A stretch of DNA of 64,000 nt from Balanoglossus misakiensis (Eukaryota; Animalia; Hemichordata). The translations under genes and the position numbers were made by a program. The notes beneath the pieces were generated by a model that was not told the origin of the DNA, did not search any database, and worked only from the letters and a program-made list of their open reading frames with translations. Positions 27,801 through 39,800 of this stretch are shown here, piece after piece. The stretch spans positions 12,719,821-12,783,820 of the forward strand of contig CM082581.2 of assembly GCA_040954595.2 (NCBI GenBank), read 5' to 3'. Each line of letters begins with the position of its first letter. Positions within the stretch are counted from its first letter, which is position 1.

Positions 27801-30800
27801 TGCTACATTTTCAAATATTAATAATTCAGTGACATAATTCCTTCGTGTGCACATACCAGCATTGTCACATCATATCCATGACCCAAAAGTTCAACATGCC
27901 TCACATAGCAGGAAAAAAAAGAACATTTTATTTTTCGGAGACCTTTTTGATATGTTCATAACTAAATGGTCGGGACACAGTCCAATCCATGGTCGAGGTA
28001 TTGGTCTTTTTCCCTTTAAAAATGTATTTTGCCTTATGAGGTAAGATGGCCGTGTTCTAGCAAAGTATAATGAATATATTTATGATTTTCTTGCCGAAAC
28101 AAGGACAGTTTTATTTTGTTGATAAGGATGCATACATCAAGAAAAATGAATTAAGAGAAGAGGGCCAGGGAACTTACATGTAATTGCTTTTCATATCACA
28201 ATAGGAGATCTATGTACAGCATGGCTTGCATAGCAACTAATCATTGTTGCAAAGTATGTCTGACACATGTACCAGTATGAAAAATCAATCAGCCAGAATT
28301 AATGAATTTGACTTCAATTGAAAAGAGGTCGAGTTTTAGCCACTTTTAATTAAATCATTGTTGATCAGTTTTGCAAAAATTAACAAAACAGATATAGATT
28401 TAAGCAAAAGTCTGATTTTTAGCCTGTATGTGTTTCCGTAACATGTGTGATATATACATGTACATGTGCATATCAAAATCTGGAATGTTTTTGATTTTGT
28501 TGATCAATGATGTTTTGGTGTCAACATTGCTACCTCACTTAAAATACTCCTGTGCTTAGTCTAGGTCAAAGGTCACAATACATGAGAACGTCAAGCAATT
28601 TATATTATTTTGGAAATTTTTGGTACTTAGAATGGCATGGAAATTGTGTATTTTGCACAGTGACATTGTGCAAATGACAAACTGAGGATAATCTCCTTGA
28701 TATGCTCCCAATTCCTGTCACTGATATTTCTACATGTAAATGCTGTGTGGACAATCTAATCTTGTTACATTTTTTTGCAGCCAGTCATATAATAAATTAA
28801 TGTGGAGAAGTTAGATGCTCATGAAATATTCAAGTTATTTACCTATGTTGATGAATAATGGATGAAAATGTTTATTTTTCAGTTTCGCTGGTCCCTTCCC
28901 AATGGCAACTATTAATGGAATCATCGAGAATAAAGCCCCAAAGTAAGATTTTGAAATCAACAATTTTTTTTCTGCTTATTTCTAATATAATATTAACAAT
29001 TTGAATATTTAAAATATTGCACTTACCATTTCACTTATAAAGTTTCATCACATTTCTTTATTGGAAGAAGAATTTATTGACACCATGCTTCAGTGATCAT
29101 TGAGGTTTACTGGAAGCATTTTTACATGTTTGTCCATTTAATTTATGCTAATGATTGTTCATATCACCAGTCTACATTAGTGACATTTATGTTGTTGTTT
29201 TTTAACTCCACTGTGTAAAAGATGAATCTTTGTGAAGCTGTCTATAGTTACATGTATAAGTCGCCTTTTTTCACTTCATCCATAAGCCATCACTTTCTGA
29301 GAAACCTGTGTTCCGTTCATTCACACAATCATTCTACTTCACAGGTAGCAGGTTGTTTGTTGCCACATGTAAACATTGTCACATGTGTATACTTGCTATC
29401 TGAAATACTTTACTTGATTATGGCCGGAGACAGAACAGCTAAATCATCAATATGCCCAGTGATATATTATTGTGTGTTTGATGGCCATTTGATTCTGTAG
29501 ATACTTGTTTATAAATCATGTGTTTGAATTGAAATTGCCACTTCCACCATACTGCTAACAGAAACTATATGATTATTTCCTGTATGGACAAGGCAAGTTT
29601 CAACACTCTTGTCTCTTAAATACTGAAGATATTTTCTTGATCATGTTCAACATCGCTGGGTATATTGCTGATAGGCTGTCAATCACTGGATTTTTGCATG
29701 ATGTATTATACATAAATCTCTATACATCACCACACAAGTGTTTTAAATTCTTCACCAGTAAGAGCACACCACAGTGTTATGTTTGCTACATGTGTATATT
29801 GCTTGTGTACATTACATTGTTGTCCATAATTATCTCCATAGTCTCTTGTAAATGAAATGAAATTTTTATCAATACATTAATCAGGAAATAGTGGAAACTT
29901 ATTATTAGACCTATTGTTGTCATCAGTGACAACCAAATTGCAGATTTGGTCCAATGTGTGACGGTACAATATGGCAATCAATTGTGGGAAGAAAGATAAA
30001 AAAAATTGATTAATGCTACTAGGACCAAAATGGATTGGTGGTCAGTGTCACATTACCATACCTGAAAAGGTTATTGCAGTGAACCTGATGTACATACATG
30101 TATGTAGACACTTAAAGACAAAAATAAAATCAGGTCATCAGTGCTGCTTTTATAAAACTGGAAATTAGAGTGCTTACTTGAGTGACCCCATGTTTCTATT
30201 CATTGTATGGGAAGAGGCAGATGTTCAGGATGTGCATAAATTTAGAAGCATATCATGTGCTTCCTGTATTGTGGTTTGCGCAATGTTTGTTCAGCTATTT
30301 AGGGCTTGCCTGGGATAGTCAGCCAGTTGTACATTTGTAGGTTGAAATGGATACCCACATCTACTGCCAAGGAGATGATCAAGCCTTGCCGATGGGTATT
30401 GTTTGTCAATTCTGTGCAATTATAATTGACCAGGATATTGATCACATTGTTGACAATATTATTAATGGAGACATCACCAGAAGATTTAATTTTGAGCCCT
30501 AATTACCTGCTGTTGTCATCACTGACCTCTGCAATTATAGTTATGTATTCAAGTGTATCTGCAAGGCATAGGGCATTGTAATTTCAACACACTTCTATTG
30601 AGGAAAAAAAGACACATACTTGCGTAGGTTGTGATTGAAAAAGATGTCTGTGGTACTAGTGTCTAAATTTGGACTAGAGTGAATAATGCTTGTGATTCCT
30701 AACGAGGCAGAGGTCAGGCAAAAGTCAAATGGTGTCAGAAACGTGCGAGAAATTTCCCTTCTCATTATGACAGTCCACTGGGAGTTGTGGGGAATAATAA

Positions 30801-33800
30801 ATATGTAACTTAGCAATTGGCAGCTTGTTACTATATTTATACAGTGTGCTGTTCAAGTGATGTTGTGAGCTGGGTTATGGGTAAAAAGATGACCAGACAA
30901 GCTTGCTGGAAATTTCATCTCGGTTCAGTATTAACAACACAATCATGAATTTGCATCTATGCACTGAGTGACTGAAGAGTTCTAATTTTGGCTGGATACC
31001 AATATATTTGCATAAGTTTTTAATAATTTGATACAGTTGTCGCCTGCACAGCTGTTTACTCCCCAAAATCTACCCCAAAATGACAAAAATGAATATTACC
31101 GTAATAAGAATTGAAGATGTTTATTGGTTGTCCACAAATTACAGCCGTGTGTAGGGCTTTGTGTGTGAGGTATTGGACTAGCCAAAGTACGACGTCAGGT
31201 ATCTATGGATTCAGTGCTATTTCTGAATACGTGTAACTGTTGGAGATCTATGAATATTGAATTCATCAAAGTTCCGGAAGTATTACTGTATTCACATTAA
31301 CATCAGAAGTGGCCATATGGTACATGCAAACAACACCGTGCAATAACAAATTTAATATGTATCCACGTTTTCATTTGTATATTCTAATATTAATTTGCTG
31401 AAAGCTTGTCAGTGATTACATATTAATTTTACTACAGTGTAATCTCCATTGCAATATAAGCTTGGGTCAAATAACAAAATGTCGTAATAGCTTATTTTAT
31501 ATTGATCTACCGGTATGAACCTCTAACAGAGGGCAGCCAATCTAATTTTATGGTACTATACTGTGTATTGCGGTACATGTAATTAGATGGATCATTCTTT
31601 TATTTTATTCGCTTTCTCATTTTTTGAACTATTTTATTTCATTTTAATGTTTTTGTTTCTCCAGTTTTACATGTAGATCTTTGAAATTCCAAGAACAGAT
31701 AGATTTTTATCAGCAAAGCAAGGGACTGTAACTTTGTTATCATGCTTCACATCTTCCACTGATGGCCTTGCATGACTGAGAAAAACGTCTACTTGAGAGT
31801 CATAGCATGCGAGCACTGTTAGAAAATCATTTTCTGCGGGAGTGACATTCAATTTGAGTAATTTCACCTTTGCCCAATATGTTGTTTTATGCACTGTCAA
31901 AGTTGTGGCAAAATTCAACATCTGACACTCTTCCCCTGATTGGTTCCATTGAAATGCGCGACCGGCCTTTTTGTTAGAAATGATTTTCTCTTGGCAGCCT
32001 CCTCGCGCCTACTGGGTTCCATCCAGAGAATTAAACCTCCCAATATACAGAATAGAATTGGCAGGAAAATGATTTTGGCATTGCAGTCGATCTTAGCAGA
32101 CCTTGATGACGTCAACAGGAAAAGTGGCACACTCAACTATAGGCGACCAGCATGCTAAGTCGCCAGCTGATGAATATGCAAGTGATCGGCAGATACTGTA
32201 ACATACCGCTGTTCAAGTATGCCAGACACGTATCTGTCCTTTCTAAACAGAAAGCTTGATGAGGTGAATACCAATACACCGAGGCTGTTTCTCAGCAAGA
32301 GTTGCGCATGTGTTCTCCGTTGGTCAGGGAGCCAAACATTTCCAGCAAAACTGCAAACACACTTTTCCTTTAATTATCTGTCTAGTCATTTATTAAGTAT
32401 GTAAATGTATGTCAGACAAAGCATTCTTTTGTATGTGTAGTGTTGCATGTTTACCTACGAAGAGCTGGTTTGGTTTCATTTGTGATGATTTGTTAGTGAT
32501 GATATTCTCAGTATTATATTCTTTTTCAAATGAGACCAAAAGATATACCCTCTCTAGCCTTTTATAAGGTTGGATAACATTTTTGATAAATTTATTTTTC
32601 TTGTGCATGTATATAGGCTTAGTGTTTGCTGATCACCAATATATTTGTTTCCATATTTGCACATTGAGTTGGACTTTGCTGGCGACTGACCCTGGGGTTT
32701 TGTAGTAACAATAGTATGGGAAAGAACCGCATTGTTCTTGTAACTACTAAGGTCATTTATTAATACCCAAGCATCCCCATAAACTGCTCATTTAAATTAA
32801 ACCCAACTGCCATGGTCCGTCCCGTATTGTACATCTTTCCCTAGAATTTGTTTGTATTCTCATTCTAGACACAGGAGAGATGGCAATGCAATGTTCTCAG
32901 CCTACCTGTTCTAATGTGTCAGCTGCTAAATTTGGAAATTGAGACATTAGCAGTGTGAACATCACTCCTCTGTGTCAGGAAAAAAAAATTGTACGCCAGT
33001 AATGATCCGAGACTCTGATTGCTTCTTCGAATTATGTAACAATCACCAAGGTTATGCTCATAAGCCCAAGTTTTGTAGAGTAGTGATACCTAGACAGTCT
33101 AAGGTTATAGTAAATCTTTGAAGAAAATCATCCCAGCAGCATTGTGCTCAGGTGCAACAAACCATGTTTTCTCAATTATTCATTATTGTCTTCATTGCTT
33201 ATTTATATGGCAAATTATATGCAAGTAAATCCTTTTCACCAATGAATTTTAAGCTGTCGACTGCTTCAAGGCTAAGATTTTTCTCAGTCTTTTCTTCTTA
33301 ATTTTTCCCGTTGGCTGTTGTATTAGAAGAATATTCATGGTAATGATGAATTGGCTGTCAGGCAGGATTCCCTTGTTCATTCTCTTGTTCATTTCTAGCA
33401 AGGAAGTGACTTATCGTAGCATTTGTTGTTTTGAGAATTTTATATACAGTTATATGAATGAAATGGGGTATATGATTTATAAAGCACTATTATTAGGACA
33501 TATAGTACAAGGACAGTTATAGGTTTCTTGTTGTAGCTGCAAAGATGATGGAGGAGGCCTCTGAAACCAGATATTATTGTATGCTAAATTTATGGAAGTA
33601 ATGGTAATTAAATGATTTGAATTCTCATTCAGCAGCCCAAGTGGGCAGCTGCTGTGAGGTTTATCATTTCTTTTCCCTGACAAACAGATTGTCATCCATC
33701 CAAGCTGAAGTGTCCTCCTGGGGCCCATTAGTAAATTTGTGGTTTGTGCTCTGGACACATTTGAATCCCCCCCCCCCCCCCCCCCCCCACCTTCCTAGTG

Positions 33801-36800
33801 TTCAAAGATGTACACCTTACAAATTGTAGGCAGCCTTCATACTGGATTATTTTAAATTCCATTATTAACAATCTGTGATCAACCACTTAAAATGGGAAGC
33901 AGCAAGCACTAGTCACCTACAGTCTAACAAGGTACATGTATCTAGAATTTCATCTTTGATGGAATGTGTGCGCAAGTCCATTAGCCGACTGTATCTGTAA
34001 TGTTGAGATAGCCTGTACTATGGTAGCATGTTCATTTTTTTCTAAAGGCACTTTGTAGATATGCATCCAGCGCACATTTATCAGATTTTGGAGTTGTCAC
34101 AGATGTGACAGTTTCATAAAGAATATTGCCAGAGCGTGGAATATGGCTGCCCACCGGAGAGATTCTCTATTAAAGCCAAATCCTTCAATTGAGACATCTC
34201 AGCTTGACAACATATTCCACTCTTGTTCTGCAACAGCTGATCGCGGAATAATAACAGCGACGGGCTGACGCAATTTGTCAACACTGTGAAAATTCACTTG
34301 ATGATTTAACAGGAGTTCAGACCTTGGGTTTTTCAACCACCTGAAAATGCCCATTTAGAAAATGAATATCAAAGTCCCTAATGTAGTTTGAGATCTCTGC
34401 AGGCACATGCTACTGTGTGTTAATTTAACAATGCAAGCCTTCCATAAAACATGCAATCATAATTTAATGAAAGCAGTGCTGAAACTTTTCCAGGAAGTGC
34501 CCATTGAAATGTATTCCTCACTGTTGCCATGGAGCTGTATTAAATTATAATAAGTCAGATTGCATCAGAGAGAGTGGGGTCAAGGGTTAAGTGCCTCAAA
34601 GATTGCAACAGCATAGTACAAAGAACAGTAAATATTTTCATTTTAAGCATTATGTCTAATTTAGTTGATTTTAGCGCATACCACTGTGAATATTTTTTCT
34701 TTGTGGTGGAATTTTAGTCTGTTAATGTTATTTCCATCAGCTGTTTGCACTGTTAGATGTATGGCTAATGGATGTCTTGAGAGAAAAGCTACAATTATTG
34801 ACGTCATAGCCATGGCAACTCATAGAAAGCCTTATCAGCATGCATGACAAATCTTTCCTGTAGCTGCTTGGTCTTAAAGCAATTTTGCTCAGGTTCAGGA
34901 AATGGAATCTATAGAAGCTCCAACATGCATGATAATGCCAGTTTGGAATACTGGCTGCAAGTCCGGCAGTTAGTGTGGAAATCGTGACCCTATAGCTTTC
35001 CCAGGAGAAAAATTAAATCAATCCAGTAATCATACCTGACTGTGCTTCAAAGACAGCATCATTTCACTGCTTCTAGATATTTGAGCCAGCAGTGTAGAAT
35101 TGGCCAGAAAATTGTAAAGATCTAAACATTGACCGTATTATTGTAATGTTTTACAAAATTTTATCTTATTCTTGACATGAAGGTCACCCTCATGGGAGCT
35201 AGATGATAAACAATATTACACATCATTTTGAAAAAAAGAATTGTTGATGAGGTCACGTCAGTATACTGTTTGTGTTTGTTGAGCTTGATGTGAAATGTAC
35301 ATGTACGTTAGTTTCTACTTTTGCCTGCATTGTAATGGTATCAAGATAAACAGGTTCAACAAATGATTAATTTTTATAGGCATGTTATGTGAAAATGGTT
35401 AGAAAAAAAGTGTTGTTGTGCTAGAACATCCAATTGAAATTGTGTTCTCGTTGCCAACTGGCTTTCATTGTTGTCATACAGTAAAGAAATGAAAGTGTTA
35501 TTTGCCCGACTTTTTCTGAGTTGCAGCAATATCACATAACTATGTCCAAATGAGGCGATTACGTTGTGATGAAATTTCTTGTAATTTGAGTTGCTTTGTG
35601 GCAAGGGCACATAGTGTATGAATAGCTTAATAAACAATGTCCCCTGCAGGAACACAATTGCAAATCCAATTATCCAATTCAAAAGAAGGTAGCCATTAAA
35701 TTGAACCGAGGGTGGCCGCTCATATTCAGTAGCTGGCAGTATAGTCAGGAAGTGCCGCCTTTCCAACATCAAGAAGGTAACATTTGTAATCGAAAGTTAC
35801 TTCTTCCAAATCCAGGTGCTGATTCAATCTTGTGCACTGAAAGGAACCAAATGAATATGACCTTCACAGTATTACACTGTCACTTCAGATTTATTCCTGC
35901 ATACGTGTGTACGTTTCTGAAGATAGAGATATTAAGCATATATAATCCCAGCCTTCAGTGTGTGTCCAGTTGAAGTACCCTGTTTTTCTCATCACTCAAT
36001 TTACCAGCATTGCTTCACTTTCACCAATTCTTGTCGGCATTCCCAAAACAACCAATTTATCTAGCTAAACTTTATTTCCACAAGTAAATTATACTTTTGA
36101 GAATGTCCAGTGAAAAGGTAGATATAAGCTCAAACTGCCTTATTGATCACTAGACTAGTGAACCTTCCCACGAATTTTCTTTCAGTGTAACACAACAACC
36201 CACACCATTCTTCCTCAAGCCAAAACAAAATCCAATCATGTTCTGGCTTGATTGAAAAGTCTTTTTTGTCTACCTTCAGCATCATAATTGCACAATGTGG
36301 AGTATCAGAAGGGATGAAATCAATAACCATACTTACCGTATTTACATAGCAGATTGTGATATATCCCACAGAATTAATGACTACTAAAAATAGCAAAAGA
36401 AAGACGTTTTCCACAAAATCAATACAGCTGCTTGTCAGTACAGATTGGTATTTTCTTCAAGTATGAAAAAATATGAATGAAAATTGTGTAGATTTCATGC
36501 CAAATATGTGCTCAAGCAACAGACACATATTTGCACAAAAATCTACTACCCAAAGGCATTTTCAACAATAACAGTCAATATTCATTTTCTGCTACAAGTT
36601 TTGTTGGGCTGGCTATTTAGAAAGCTTTGATGTGTTGCAGTAGCAGTGTGCTGCCCAGGGACCATGTTATTCTTCTCGCATCCAATAGTGAAAATGAAAA
36701 TTGAGTTTTATTCCCATCCAGATGCTGCCTCAGCCTTGTATCTCTGATCTCCGTATTTCGCCATTTCCATACAAATTCTGTGCCATTAAAACTCAAGTGG

Positions 36801-39800
36801 GCATATACTGTACATGAGAGCTCCATATTATTCATGGAAAGGAAAAAAAATCTCAGCACGTGCCACCCACGGTGCCTCTTCCCTCCATTCTCAGCAGAGA
36901 CAAACATTCTCATCCAGAAACATTCTCCCTCCTCAGTGGGGAAACAGCATTTCATGTTTTGTCATTGTAATATCGGCAATATAAAGAAATTTAGGTTAGC
37001 TGTGGGAAGCTGAACCCAATATTTAGGGAAGCCAATCACTGTCTTGCTTTTATCCAAGAATGCAGAATAAGGACGTTGTTGGTAAAATGGCCTGGCTAAT
37101 TTTATGAATGCTCTTTTTACTAGTATTTTTTCTCAGAGAGTCATAACTTCAGAATGAGAAGTACATGTAATCCTCCCAGCTCTTAATCATGAATTACTCT
37201 TGCTACAGCACAAATGATGATTTGATTTGTAAGGCTGATGCTTCAATTAATATACAAAGCTCCCTGCTTAATTTTAATCCAGTCCTTCAGAATCAAATTA
37301 AATATCCATGTAATCAGCCATCACCAGTCGTTGTGGCCTTAGAGAAGATTTCTTGCATTGCTGTTGAGTGCAGCTCAATCAGCTTCATTGATAATATCTG
37401 TGAAATTTGTCAATAATTAATCTCAGTCAGCCTTCAAGGTGATTGACAGTCGTTAAGAAACTTTTTAATATGGTTACTGGAGCATTATAACTTTCTATGA
37501 ATAATTCAAGTTGTAATTTTTTCCCATTTACAGATTTGAAAGATCTTACGATTGGGTTGGTGGTATTGTAGATTTCTATCAGCCCATTCTGAGATTTAGC
37601 CCTTGATCTGTCAATTAGATCTACCCAGTCCTTCATAAATACTGATTTTATTTCTCTCTCTCCTAATGCATGCAGCAAGGACATATGGACGCAGACGAGG
37701 TATTTGATTTTTCCCTGTTTACTATCTATCATGTGTTAATGTGTGTTGCAGTGCATTTTAATGTCTAAAAAATATATGTTTCATTTTTGTTCATTTCGAA
37801 GTGTTTGGCTATAAAAGGAAGTTATAACACATGGTCATTTTGCAGGTGTTCATACAAAATTGGGTATTGTGTTCATTGGTAATTCTAAGAATGTTCTCCC
37901 AAGTGAAAGTAAGAGTAATGATAAGATCACTGTTATTTCACTGCGATTTCCTGGCTTCACAGCAAATCTGAGACATTTCAGCACCTGCCTAATCACAATA
38001 CAGCTCTTTCATCATGTGCAGTGTTACTGTTCTACTGTATTTCAAATCTTTCTTCCCAGTATTTGACAAATGCATCTCACCTTAAGTCATTTTCCCACTG
38101 ATAACCCCACCCGGTATGATTAGTTCCTACAGACTGAAGTCAAGGGGAGGGGGGAACTCGTTTGCTTTGTAAGAAATCATAAACATTTCACGTTTACTTG
38201 CCTTACTAAGTGCTAGATTGTGGTTTGCCATGTGGCAAAAATGTGGCAGAGATCACAGCCAGCAGGTAAACACTGACAGATTTGCTGATAGATATATGGA
38301 CTTAAAGCCTAAAGACAACAGTGTGAATGTCTACAGCTATAAAGAGATAAGAGTGGTTTACCAATTCTCTGCTAAGAAGCCCTAGACCATGGTCCTCATT
38401 GTTTACACACTGAAGTGTAATTGACAAGATTAACTGTAGCATAACAAAATAAACAAAGAACCCCAGGGTAAATAAACATGGCCATAATGGGTACTTCAGT
38501 GACCTGTTAAACCACAAAAATGCCAAAACCCGAGGTGACCTAAAGACAGGGGTTATGTCAATCAACCAATTACCTGCTGCAGTACCCTGATGTTGTAATT
38601 TCAAGCTTCATTGCTTTTCTGTAGGCTGCAGGTTAGACTTTTCACACTAGTGATGTTAAACAGCAGCTAAGCCCTACGCTAGCAATTGGGTTATCCCTCA
38701 AAGTGATATTGTTGATTGTGTGACTACAAATTGCCTTTAGATAAAAGGTTAAAAGCCATTTTAGCTTGTATACTAGTGCCAAGTAATGGTCTTACTAAAA
38801 GTCATGTTCAAAATAGTCTTCTGAAAGCAATTACATGTACTACGTTATCAATTCTCAGTCAAGCGATCTGTTAAAAATCTTCCCTTAGAACATTGTCTCT
38901 GTAAAAGTTGCTGAATTTAATTTAAGGTAGTTAACGAAAAACTGGATCTACAATTCCACTCGCATACAGAAAAAAAAACGTTTGACCTTGTGGGAAATAT
39001 TTGTACTAATGGCAGGCAGTTTCAGCTCTTTCAGCTGCTATTACTAAACTGAAATCTATAATCTGTAAAGAGATAGAAAAAGAATTCATAGCTTAATGTA
39101 TCTGGGGACTGGTGGCTGTGATTGGGATTTTGTACATAGAAATTGCTAGGATTCCGATGGAATTGGATGTTAGGCAGGCTGCATGTAGTTCTTTAGAATT
39201 GAAAGTCTTTTTTTCCCCCTTCCAATTTCCATTAACATCAATGGGTCAATCAGATTAGGGTAGTGGTAATCCCTTTAATAGATGGTCAGATTAAAGCTGC
39301 GTATAAGTAACCCCTTTAAGATCAGCCATGACACCCCAATGATATCACAACACATTACTGCAATTATGGATTAAGGTGAGGGAAACTCAGATGTGACAGG
39401 AACTTTTCCTGAAAGCAGTTAAAATTTGGAAATTGTGTTAATACAAAATTATGGAACATTATCAGAGCAGAAATACAACTTGGAGATACATTCCAATACA
39501 TGCAATAGTGTAAAGTGTGAAAATTTTACCTTTGTGTGTTCAGGATCTCTCCAAACACAAATCAGACTTGAGATGTCGGCCAACATAGTACACTACAAAA
39601 GTCTAACCCAAATTCTGTTAATGTTGTAAATGTACAGTTTCTCAACCATTTTGCAAAATGACATTTCAAGCGCCGTGAAAAGCTACAATGGCTAGCAAAT
39701 TCCCGTGTGGTATTGTTAATTCATGTCTGAAGCATTGCTGAAAAGGTCAGTGCTGGCATGCCTGCCAGGGATGTTTCTATTCAGGAGAAAATTCACTGCA

